A stretch of DNA of 64,000 nt from Lama guanicoe (taxonomy: Eukaryota), in contig MU054117.1 in assembly GCA_013239625.1 (NCBI GenBank), forward strand, positions 2,292,011-2,356,010, given 5' to 3'. Within the stretch, counting starts at the first letter, position 1; each line of letters starts with the position of its first letter. Position numbers and translations under genes: made by a program. Positions 1-11,599 of this stretch are shown one piece after another. The notes beneath the pieces were generated by a model that saw only the letters and a program-made list of their open reading frames with translations, was not told the origin of the DNA and searched no databases.

Positions 1-165
1 AGCAATGTCTACGCCCCTCGGCGTTCAGCGACTTCAGGCCAAGCTCACACAGATTACTTGGCCTCTCATCTAGAAGGACGGGAGCCCCTCATGGGAACCT
101 CGGCCCCTGCTCCAATCCAGGGAGAGACAAAAGTGGTCCTGCAGCTTGGGGAACGTGGGACTTAC

Positions 166-3100
166 TCAGGGTGAAGAAAGCCCTCATGGCGAGGCTGCGG
201 CTCTGGACAGAGTAGGGATCTGACGTGTTGACTTTTCCGTGCAGCTGTAGGGAAACCAAGGCCCGCAGCCATGAGAAGTGTGGCCATAAGAATGGCAGGA
301 AAACAGAACCCAGGCGCCCATGTTCCCAGCCCCAAACGAAGACAACGGCCAATAAATTACACACGTGGAAGGGAACACCTTTTTGCAAAGTGTTCAATTG
401 CCCTCTTCCTACTTAGGCTGCAACACAGAACATCGGACAGTTTCCACAGTGTGAGGGGGTGGTGTGAACCTTCTCCCAGAGATTAGGGGGAGCAACAGAG
501 GCCTGTCACCCCTGAGAAGCATACAGAGTGTGTCCAGTGGAGATATCACACTCTGCCCAGAATCCAGGCGTCTGCCTGTCCCGGGGAAGCCTGAGGTGTG
601 TGGAAAGACACCTGAACGGGGTGGAGGCGGTGACCTGGGCCGGGGGCGCCGGCGCCTCTGAAGAAGAGAGGACGAGCAAGCGCAGGCCACCGCCAGCCCC
701 GCCGCACTCACCTGCGTGAACAGCATGGGCACGATGTTCTCCAGCTGGGACTCCAAGTTCATGCCCCCGCAGCCGCTGACAGCCAGAGCGTCCACAAGCT
801 GGCAGATACACTGTGTGCATGGGGACAGAGTCGGCAGCGGTCACCCGCCCGTTCCACCGCCAAGGGAAGTCCTGGCACCTTCTACTCGAGGGTGGCCGGG
901 CCATCACGGTTTCACACGGCCCTCCTGGACCGTTTCAAGTCAGGCTCAGGGTGTAGTTCTTCCGTAGCCAAATAAAGCCATGACCTGCCCTTCCGCCTCA
1001 CCCAGGAAGCTATGCTTATTTTCTGTCTTTTTTTTTTTATTTAGTATAGTCAGTTTTCAATGATGTGCTAATTTCTCGTATAGAGCACAGTGCTTCAGTC
1101 AACTTACCGACAAAACAGAAACAGACACACAGACACAGAAAACAAGCTTGTGATGACCACTAGGGAAAGGGGGTGGGGAGGGATAAATTGGGAGGTGGGG
1201 ATTGGCAGATATAAACTACTGTATGTAAACTAGACCAACAACAAGGTCGTCCCGTGGAGCACAGGGAACTACATTGTAACAGCCTGTAACGAAAAAAAGA
1301 ATACGAAAAGAAATACACACACTTATTTTCAAGTAGTCCCATCATTCCACAGAAACTTTCAGGGCAACTCAACCTTGCAAGCGTTGGCTAACTTCAGAGC
1401 AGGATAAATTAATCATGGCCAAAGAAAGAACTGGTTCTACTGTTCTCTGACTTTCAAATTCCTGAAAACCAAGTCTAAAAGCCTAAATATCTACTCTCTA
1501 CCTAGTGGACTCCACTATGTATGGGTTGTTCTCATCACTGGCATAAAGGTCTGCCAATAGCCTGAGTTTCCACACGTGTGAGCATTCCACTCAATTTTTA
1601 AAAAACAGCTTTATTAATAAAAGTAAAAATAAACAAATGAAACCTAATTAAACTTAAAGGCTTTTGCACAGCAAAGGAAACCATAAACAAAATGAAAAGA
1701 CAGCCTACAGAAGGGGAGAAAATATTTGCAAATGCAAGACCAACAAGGGACTAAGTTCCAAAATATACAAACAGCTCTTAACGTCAGAAAACAACCAACC
1801 AAATCAAAAAATGGGCAGAAGACCTAAACAGACATTTCCCCAAAGAGGACATCCAGATGGCCAACGGGCGCATGAAAAGATGCTCAACATCACTAATTAC
1901 TAGAGAAATGCAAATCAAGACTACAAGGAGGTATCGCCTCACGCCAACCAGAATGGCCATCTCTGGTTCTCTTCATTTCTTAAAAATACAAATCTGTATT
2001 TCCATCTGGTATCATTTTTCTTCTGCCTGAAGGACTTCCTCTAATATTTCTTATAGTGTGGGTCTACTGGTGATGAATTCTTTCAGTTTGTGTGTGTGTG
2101 AAAACAGTTCTGTTTCCAGTTCATTTTTGAAAGATATTCCCACCGGGAAGCATGACTCGAGGAGACAGTTTGTCGCTCAGTTTGAAGGAGTCACTCCGCC
2201 ATCTCGTCACCTGCACGGGTTCCGACGAGAAACGTGCTAGTGATTGCCCTTATTTTTATTCCTCTGCATGAAGCGCTTTTGCTGTTGTCTGGCTTGGGTT
2301 TTGCTTTGGCTTGCTGTATTTAGTGTTTTCTCTTTCTCACTGGTTTTGAGAAATTTGATTGCGGTATGCCTTGGTATAGTTCTCCTTCTGGTTTTTTGTT
2401 TTTGTTTTTTTCTAGCTTATCTATAAAGGGAGTGAATTTGTCACTCAACATATGAGAAACATCCTCGGGGACTCAGAAGTGCTTTTTAGAGATGCTGGGG
2501 CAGTCTTCCTGAAGCTACGGGTTCTGACCTCACAGGTGGGGCAATGAGCCATGAAGACTCACATAGTAAAGATACTGTGACCTCATTTGTATTTGTGGGC
2601 TGTTGTAGGGAAAAATGGCTTATATGTCTTAGGCACACGTCTGACTAGTTGATTTGACAGAAGGATGAGTGAGAAGCTGAAGTCAGGAGAACAGGAGTTC
2701 AAAGCAGAAGGTAAGGAAGGCCAGAAGTGGGTGCGTATCAGTGTGGGTAGAGAAAGGAGTGGACTAGCGGTGTCGCGGAGGACGGGGTAGCGAATCAGAT
2801 ACTGAAGTGACGGAGCGTGAAAGCTTTTAAAATCACTCCTACACGGCTGGCGGGAATGTAGTTTGGGGCAGCCGTTACGGAAAACAGGACGGAGATTCCT
2901 CGAAAAACTAAAAACAGAGCTACCTTATGATGCAGCCGCCCCCCTCCTGGGAATATGCTCAGAGGGAACTCTGATTCCAGAAGAAACATGCGCCCAAGTC
3001 CACACAGCACACAGGTAGGGACGATGACAGCACCTGCGCTCTGTGTGGTCACTCTGTGGACAGATACGGTTTAACACCAAAAAGCGCTTAGAACAGTGCC

Positions 3101-6100
3101 TTCACTCAGGGCTGTTTGCTATGGCTGCTCCGTCCCAGGGCAGCTAATGAACAGCGAGAAGTTCCATGAGACGAGAAAACAGCAGGCTTGGAAAGCTCAG
3201 AAGACACAGGAAATGGCGAGTCCACTTTCGGACACACTCAGCCTGGAGCTTCCGACCCACCACAGTGACACCGCAAGTGCCTGCTGAACAGTAAGACAAA
3301 CGCCAGGGTTTTCTTTCTCAAAGCACTTTGGTCATGTGTCAGGCACTGCCAAAACCTTTTTTTTAATTATTTCTATTTTATTTATTTACTTTTAATTTTT
3401 CCCTCCTGTTTCATTGAGATATGATTGACATGCAGCCCTGTGTAGGTTTGAGATGCATCACACAATGATTTACCTTACGTACCGCATGAAATGACGACCA
3501 CGGGAATCAGTTTAGCGGCCCTCCCTCATCTCGCGCAGATACAGAATTAAAGGGACAGAAAAAATCTTTTTTTCTTGTGATGGGAACTCTCAGGATGGAA
3601 TCCCTTAACAACGTTCATATACAGCATACAGGGGCGTTAATTATATTCATCATGTGTACATCGTATCTCTAGCACTTACTTATCTTATGACTGGAAGTTT
3701 ATACCTTTTGACTGCCTTCAACCAATTCCCCCTCCCTCTGGTAGCCACAGTTCTGGTCTCTTTTTTCTGAGTTTTTCTGTTTGCTTTTGAAGTATAATTG
3801 ACCTACAACTCTATGTTACCTTCTGTTGAATGACACCACCACTCAGTATTTCTGCACATTTTCAAAATAACCACCACAAAAAATCTAGTTACGATCTGTC
3901 ATCATGCAAAGATATCACATGATTATTGATTATATTCCCCACACTGCACACTTCATACCTGTGACACATTTTTTTTTTTTTTGCAGCTGTAAGTATGTGC
4001 CTATCAATGTCCCTCAACCTTCTTCTCTCCTCGTCAAATACGTTGTGTCCTTCTCATTTTGGGGGGACTCCAATCGCACATAAATTAGGCTGCTTGAAGC
4101 TGCCCCATGCCTCAGTGAGCCTTTCTCCGTCAACTCCTCCTTCCCTTCCTCCTCCTCCTTTCCCTTCTTCTTCTTGTCTTTTTTTTCTTCCTCAGTTTGT
4201 TTTATTTTGAAGTTTCTATTGCTCTGCCTTCAGGTTAACCAGTCCTTTCTTTTGCAATGTCTAATCTGCCATGAATTCCATCCAGTGTTTGGTTTTTTTA
4301 AATCACAGATATTCTACGTTTTAGCCCCAGGAACTCAATTTGGGCCTTTTTTTAAAAAAATTTATCTTTCTTGTTTCTACTCAACGTAATCCTTCCTTTA
4401 GCTTTTAAATCTGTAATACAGTCACAGCATTTGTCCTGGTGTCCTTGTCTGCTATTCTAACATCTGAGTGAGCTCCGGGTCAGCTGCGGTTGATTCTTCT
4501 CCTTGTATTTATATTTTCATGCTTCTTTGCATGCCTGGTGACTTTTTTAACTTAATGCCCCTCATTGCAAATTTACTTCATTGGGTGCTGGATACTTTTC
4601 TATTCCTAAAAGTATTCTTGAGTTTTTTCTGGTACACAGTGAAGTTACTTGGAAATAGTTTGATCTTTCGGGGTCTTGCTTTCGAGCTCTGTTAGACAGC
4701 GTCGTTAGAGCAGCATTCGGCGTACTGCTAACTCTGCGCGCCCGTCTCAGGTCTCCGCCCGGGACCCTGGGAACCGTGTTGTTTTCAGGCTGGGTGGGAA
4801 GGACAGGCACCTGGCTGACCCTGGGCGAGTTCTGGCTGCTGTTGTCTTCAGCGCCAGGTCCTGTCCTCAGGCGAGTGCCGCGTCCTGCCCTGAACACTCG
4901 AGCTGCCTCGGTCTCCCTTGACTCTCATCACCATCTTCTCACCTCAGGAAGCTCAGCAGAGTCTTCCCAGGTTTTCTCTCCCTCTGCCACTGCCTGGAGA
5001 CTCTCTTTAAGAAGAAAGCTGGGGCAACTATAGGGCTCACCTCCTTTCTTTCCTGCCTCTCAGGAATCACTTTTCTTTGTCACCTGATGCCCAATGTCTT
5101 CAGAACTTATTTTCTTACATTTTGCCCAGTTTTCAACTTGTTTCAGGCAAGAGGCAAAACCTGGCTCCAGTTACTCCATCTTTACCAGAAGCAGAAATAT
5201 CTCCACTGGATTTTGAATATTTGATGAAATGTCAAATATTCCCTTTGGTCTGCCTGATGGACCCCCAAATTTGGCCCTAAGTAGAGCTGGTTAGTGCTCG
5301 TTGATGTCCAAACAAAATTATGGTATGGACTGATTAATTTCCTGATTCTTAATCACTATGCCCTGGAGGGAGAGAGAGAAGGAGGGAGGAGAAAAGGGCT
5401 ACCCAAAACATCCTGACTGCCAGCCAAGACCCGGGGTAGCCCCTCCAGCTGACCCATCTGCAGACTAGCAGTTGGGATACAGATTTCAGCCTCCAGCTGG
5501 CTGACTGGCTCTGTCCCAGAGTCACAGCCCTTACCCTCAGGCAACATGCAGACACGTGCCAGGAGGGAGGGTATTTAAGAGACTGTGGCTGGTCCACTTG
5601 TGGGGAAGCTCAGAGCATACAGTAAGAAAGGAAAGTGCACTGGTACATGGTGGTAATGCAACAACAGACCACAAACTGGTCCCAGGATGTGAATGGGTCC
5701 CGCACTTACAAAAGTTTAAAAGTCACAAATGCACACTGGCACATTTAACAACCATGGAGAATGTGCCTCTCTGATGCCTACTCTGAGGGGCATTATTGAC
5801 CAACATCTCCAGCTGCCGTGCTCTGAAATCCGTCACTGTGTTAAAACAGACTCCAGATTCCCACAGGTTTCTCCCCGCCAGTGAGAGAGGCAGGTCCACT
5901 AAGTCAGGCCAGTTCCTGCAAGATGGGACTTCTCTGATGGGTGAGTCTGGCTCTGTGACTCCCTGTTGGCATTGCTGAAACTTTCATAGAAATACACCGG
6001 AATCTAAGACCTTCCTCCCTTCTTGAGGGGAGGGTATAGCTTAGTGGTAGAGTGCAGTGTTTAGCATGCATGAGGTCCTGTGGTCAATCCCCAGTCCCTC

Positions 6101-9100
6101 CAATAAAAATAAATAGATAAATAAATAAACCTAATTACCTCTCCCCTAAAAAAATTAATAAATAAAAGATTTTAAAAAGAACTTCAAGACTTTCCTCCCT
6201 TCCTGCCTCCTTCCCTTCCTTCCTTTTCTCCTTATCGAGGGTCAGACCTACATCTCAGTCTCCTCCAGCTCCTTCCCCGTTTTCCAGCACAGGCGTTCCT
6301 CCAATCAGCCTCCTGCCCTCTAATCCCACGCTGGTATCTGCTTCTTGGAGAACCAGACTAATCCATACCTTGACTGCTCTGAGAAGTCCTACAGTTAAGA
6401 AATTTGTTTAATTATAACCCAGTGTTTCCCACACATTTTACTAAATAACACATCTTCATTTTTTATGAAACACTCATTAAAAGTCGGGGAAACATCGTTT
6501 GAGAAACGCCATCAAAATGGACGGAGAACTGAAACAGCAATCAGAAAAGGTTGGATTCTGACTCTGGGTCCTCTGCTCAGAAAAACACCTAACACTGGTG
6601 TAACATTGCAATGGTAGGCAGAATTCTGAGCTGGCCCCCAGATTTCCAGGCCCCTGGGGTGCACACACCACCTCCCAGTTATTCAGTCAAGCACTCAGCC
6701 AGGTGTTGATGCAATGTAATTAGGGTCCCACAGTATCTGACCTTGAAGTGGGAAGGTTATCCACACGGGCTTGATCAAAGCTGATGAGCCCTTTAAATAT
6801 GAGTCTAGAGGTCAGCGACAGGAGAGTGAGAGTGGGTCAAAGCTTGAGATGGATTCAACAAATGGGCATGGCTGAGTTCCACTAAAACCTTCTTTACCAA
6901 AGCAAGCCTTCAGGCTGGATTTGGCATGCGGCCCATAATTTGCCAACTCAAGCACTGACTGCTCAATAAATATGGAAAGCGTGAACTAGTTAAACTTCCT
7001 TCTCGCTCCTACCCCAGTCACCTGGGAAATGTAGAAAGGCGTCACTCCTGTAGTTATCAAAGTCATTAGCCACTGGATCAACTGGTTCACTTGGTTCTTG
7101 AGTTTGGACGGTGGCATGAGGAAGAAGAGGTGGCCAGCTATCACCAGGACTTGCTCAGTCACCTGCGCCCAAGGAGACACCACGAACTTGCCTCCGCTCA
7201 TGGGTGAAGGTAGGACAAGCGCTCAAGGACTTAGCCTCACCCTTCTCTGCATCCCAGAGCCTAGCAACGTGCCTGCCAGTGCGGGTCATCTGTAAACATA
7301 AACTCCTAGAAGAGCCCGGGGTCAGCCTACCACGAGCGAGTGGACGGTGCTGATCCTCACTCTGTCTCCAGAGTCAGGGCAACCTAGAGCCAGGTACCCT
7401 GCCAGGCCTGCCTTTGGCTCAAGCCTCACTCCTTTAGCGCATCCACCCAGCCCCTGCTACTCCCACCCCACCTTGTTCTTGTTCTTCAGAGACCAATGGT
7501 TGAAGAGAATGCGGAGGGTGTGGTAGGCCTTGATGGACACTGCCTCTGGGGTGATGTCCATCACTTCATCATCTGTAGAGCCCAGATCCAGATGCTTCCG
7601 GGCACTGATGACCAATCCACTGAGAGCTGTGAGGGAGCAGGACCCACAAAGGGAAACATACGCGCACGTGGGCCCAGCCCTTCCATCACCGCCCTCAGAG
7701 GGCCCAGAGTCCTGCGCTGGGAAAGACCACCCGCTCACCACCTCCCTAACCGTCTGTCCTTAATGACCACACCCAGTCCAGCCAGCAAGGGCAGGGAAAG
7801 CGGTCCAGGCTGTCAACACCCACCGCATCCCTATCAAGCTTGGTCCAAACCAGGCCAAGTCAGATGGGAAAGAGCATGTGCTCACACCTGGCCTGCTCTT
7901 GGCCACCTCCTGCCCCTTCCCCAGCCCTCTGGGATCCACATGCAGAGGGGCCCAGGCTCGTCCTGCCCTTCTTCCCCACACCCCACTTCTAAGAGAGACC
8001 CTCCCCACCCTCACCTCGACAGATCGCCAACACGTCATCCTCCTCTTGGGCCATCCTCAGAAAGCACAGGATGTGCTCCCACGTGGCACCAAGGTAGGGG
8101 GCCACACCTGGGAGGGGAAGGACAAGAATGACATCCCTAGCCACAGGAGGGGCCCCTCCAAGCCTTGTGGAGGAGGAAACCTTATTGGCTAGGAGCCAGG
8201 AGGCCTGGGTTCTGATCCTCGCTCTGCCTTCAGAGCATCTGGGCAACCCGGAGCGACTTAATTTATCTGAGTTTCAGCTTCCTTGGCTGCTACCCAGGAC
8301 GGCACTTCCTGATGTGGCTTCCTCACCGGGCTGCTGGGAAGAGGAAGCTCGAAACCGGACGTCAGCACAGCGCACAGGTGCAGGGTGTCGCCACAGCCAG
8401 CATATGCACACACCACGCACACGCATACAACACACACACTATACACACACCACACACACACTACACACACACCCTACATGCATATACACACACCACACAC
8501 ACATACACTATACGCACACACCACAGACACGCACATGTGTACACCACACACATATACCACACACACTATACACACACCACACACACACCCTACATACATA
8601 CACACACATACACTATACGTACACACCACACACACACACGCACATACACCACATACACTATACACACACCACACACACACTACACACACACCCTACATAC
8701 ATACACACACACCCTACATACATATACACACACCACACACACATACACTATACGCACACACCACAGACACGCACACGTGTACACCACACACATACACCAC
8801 ACACACTATACACACACCACACACACACCCTACATACATACACATACACCACACACACGCACACACATACACCACACACACTACACACACATACACTATA
8901 CACACACCACACACACGCACACACACGCACACACACATACACCACACACACTATACACACACCACACACACACCCTACATACATACACACACATACACTA
9001 TACGCACACACCACACACACACACACACATACACCACATACACTATACACACACCACACACACATACACTATACGCACACACCACAGACACGCACACGCG

Positions 9101-11599
9101 TACACCACACACACTATACACACACCACACACACACCCTACATACATACACACACATACACTATACGCACATACCACACACACATACACCATACACACTA
9201 TACACACCACACACACACACACAAACACACACTCTTCCAGCTGTGTTGTCAGAGGTCACATGATACTATTAGGAGACACTTCCAGTATCTGTCACCATGT
9301 CCTCCGAGCCTTCTGTGTGGCCCCAATACACACCTTGTCACTTTGAACCTGATTTCCAGAAGGCCAGCTGCCTGCCCCCTGGCCTTCCTGTGGCCCCAGC
9401 TCCGAGTGGGAAAGAGAAGGCAGGTGCTGTCATCTTCCTGGTGAATTGATTTTTTTTCACACTTTGTGACTGAAGGAGGGGAGTGGAATGGGTAACAGGG
9501 CCACTTCACTGCTGTCACCAGTAGCCAGCAGGATGGAGATTATATGGTGATTCTCTGCCTCACCCTGCTACACGGTTACCTTCCAACCGCGAATCAAATC
9601 CAAAGCTGCAGGTTCCCCTGAGCACAGGACTCCTCGCTTCCCCCTCAGCCCTCCCCTCCGCTGCCGAATGGGGACTTTCCATGATGCCTTCTCTCCCCAG
9701 CTTGGCCCCTATGTCTTCCTTGCAGCCCCCCAGTCTCCCAGCCCTAACACGCCCTCCTGTGCCGCTTCTGGTCTGAGTTCCCACCAGCCCACAGGGTCCT
9801 GGGTTGCACCCTCTACTCCCCCAACTCCCCCCACCCGGGATTCGCACCCTGGCCAAGGCTCAGCTTCCCTACTGTGACCAGGAGGCTCCTCGGGGGCAGG
9901 TCGTGCAGATGCAGTCTGTCCCACAGTTTGACGATGATCATTTCTGGAGACTGGGACCCCAGGGCCATTAATACTGAAACACACATCTCCTCCAGTTCTC
10001 CTTCTGGTTTCTGGAAAAAGAAACACTAACTGTTCCAAGCAGGATCGTCAAGGGGAGTCCCCCGGCTTCCCTCCAGGAGCGGTTCTCTTCCACCTTGCGG
10101 GCAGGAACTCCCCTCCGTCATCCTACCACCCATCCGACACACGCCTGCCCAGCAGTGGTGGGCAAGAGCTTCCCAGAGTGTGCAAGAGGACAGGACGACA
10201 GGGTGTCTGTGAAGTCATCGGATTGAGTGTTGCTGTGGAAGTGGCAATAGGGCTCCCAGAGCACAGGGCTTCCCCTGCAGCAGTCAGTGAACCACCAGGA
10301 AAGTGGGTAGATTGTAGAAGCAACTTTGGAAAGTCTCAGGTAGACCCGGGGTCTTGACCAGGAGACAGGTGTGCCAGGACGGCAGGGAAACTGGGAGGAA
10401 GACACCTCATAGGTAGGTAGTTAACCAGGAAAGCAAGACACCAGATTAGCCCAGTGTCAGGAGGGTGAGTGCAAAAGCATGTGGATAGACAGGTAGGTAG
10501 GTGTCATGAGTGGTCAGTCTAAAGGTGGACTAGCAGACAGGTGGGTGGATAAGAAATGATCAGCAAGTATATTGAGATGATTAGCTGAGTTGCAGTAACA
10601 AAGGTGAATGCCTAAAACACTCCAGGGGGAGGGTCTGGACAGTCTGAGGACCAGGGAGGCTTCCAGGCCAATGGTCCCAATCCTTCCCTACTCTCCATCT
10701 CACTTTTCCCAACTTCACTCCATCCCTGAATCTTCCATTCTGTCTACGTCACAGTTCTTGAGACATGCTCAGGGTGTAAGATATGGATGGGCTCCAGCGA
10801 ACTATTTAGACACTTGAGGTCCTCATATCCCAGGCAGGTCCCATTTAGTTTCTAAATATCATCACCCACCAGAGAGGAACTCCAGGGCGCAGACCTGGGA
10901 TCCATTCCTTCCCCATCGCCCCCAGCCAGAGGCACAAGCTCCTCACCACTGCCCGCAGGTAGTCCACAAGGGTGTCGGTCACCTTCTGGCGTGATGAAGT
11001 TGTCATCCTGTTATTCAGGACTTTGACTTCCAGCAACTTGAGGGTTTGTAAGATATTATCTGCTGACAGCTACAAGAGAGAGGGGTCTCAGAAAGAAAGG
11101 AAGGCTGAAGAGGAGGTAATAAGGAGAAAATGGTCCCTGGCAGAGAAAGGAAGAGGAGGAGTCAACCTGGGGCGAGGATTAAAGCTGGACCAGGGGTAGG
11201 GGTGGGTGGAGAAGGTGTGGGTCAGACCAGGCACGTGGGAACCAGACCAGGAGCTGTGCGTGGACTGGACCAAGGAGTGCTCTGCGGACTGGAAACTCTT
11301 CCTGCTCTCCTAGTACCCTGCGTGTGCGCCCAACCCGGAGCTGTGCGTGGACTGGACCAAGGAGTGCTCTGCGGACTGGAAACTCTCCCTGCTCTCCTAG
11401 TACTCTGCGTGTGCGCCCAACCAGCTACCTGATGGAGGTGGTCCTACACTGGCTGGAAGCCAGGAGGATGTCTGAGATTTCCTCACCTGCCCAGCAGCTT
11501 GGAGTGCCTCCATGAAGTTCCTGACGGTCTCTCCTGAGACATCACATTCCAGGTCCCGTTCCCTGGTCTCCGAGGAAGCCGCCGTAACTACAAACATCT
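166..11599 (-). CDS. Divergent maestro HEAT-like repeat (MROH-family) gene, N-terminal 8 coding exons; 3' part lies beyond the left window edge
   Basis: Exons in transcript order: 11487-11599 (ATG at 11597), 10947-11069, 9848-10010, 8015-8107, 7472-7626, 7022-7162, 712-810, 166-244. All have AG acceptors and GT donors with compatible phases (0,0,1,1,0,0,0), giving 964 nt from the ATG with no stop. Translation includes [89 protein letters not shown]...[45 protein letters not shown]...[17 protein letters not shown]...[15 protein letters not shown]...LAMRAFFTL. This is colinear with the recalled MROH1 segment FGVVPFL...VLFHQW...LLPSERLEEQL...FYLSKSLGQILEA...LETQLDAL...VLRCFTVL. Confidence 0.85.
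1024..1321 (-). mobile_element. Short L1 3' end with twin-priming 5' inversion
   Basis: Poly-T plus the reverse L1 3' terminus (about 1028-1100) joins the immediately upstream part of the L1 3'UTR in forward orientation (1101-1321). TSD cttattttc at 1015-1023 and 1322-1330. Confidence 0.8.
1615..1965 (+). mobile_element. L1 ORF2 fragment
   Basis: Typical L1 ORF2 C-terminal sequence (cttttgcacagcaaaggaaaccat...aatgggcagaagacctaaacagacatt...cagaatggccatc), near-identical to the copy at about 13240-13600. Confidence 0.9.
1970..5230. mobile_element. Cluster of old L1 fragments (mostly minus strand; plus-strand ORF2 piece at about 2840-3010)
   Basis: T-rich antisense L1 ORF1-region and 3'UTR motifs. 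Boundaries are approximate and the block is not continuous. Confidence 0.6.
6025..6185 (+). mobile_element. tRNA(Ala)-derived SINE (Vic-1-like)
   Basis: Head ggggagggtatagcttagtggtagag...gaggtcctgtggtcaatccccag, A-rich tail with aacctaattacc, TSD aagacYttcctcccttc at 6006 and 6186. Confidence 0.9.
6607..6870 (+). mobile_element. MaLR (MLT1-like) LTR fragment
   Basis: Starts tggtaggcagaattctgagctggccccca and contains tctgaccttgaagtgggaaggttatcc, typical of MLT1 5' ends. Confidence 0.55.
8401..9230. repeat. Complex CA/TA-rich tandem repeat with higher-order units
   Basis: About 830 bp of cacacac/tatacac/catac units. The marker ccacagacacgcaca recurs at 8521, 8761 and 9082. Confidence 0.95.
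11250..11423. repeat. 87-bp tandem duplication (2 copies)
   Basis: ggagctgtgcgtggactggaccaaggagtgctctgcggactggaaactct...gtgtgcgcccaacc starts at 11250 and 11337 and the copies are near-identical. Confidence 0.95.

Noticed and set aside
1..70. Possible next MROH-like exon after an acceptor-like cttctag near 70
   Set aside because: Open to the window edge, but the peptide (NERPSNLCELGLK...) shows no MROH resemblance and the pyrimidine tract is short.
8128..9444. Long His/Thr-rich ORFs (438, 344, 292 aa) and Val/Cys-rich antisense ORFs
   Set aside because: These are translations of a CA-rich repeat that cannot form stops on the plus strand; open in all three frames and intronic to the MROH-like gene.
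10123..10275. Possible extra MROH-like exon ([12 protein letters not shown])
   Set aside because: Exon 9848-10010 already supplies the homologous segment and the chain is in frame without it; no convincing donor.
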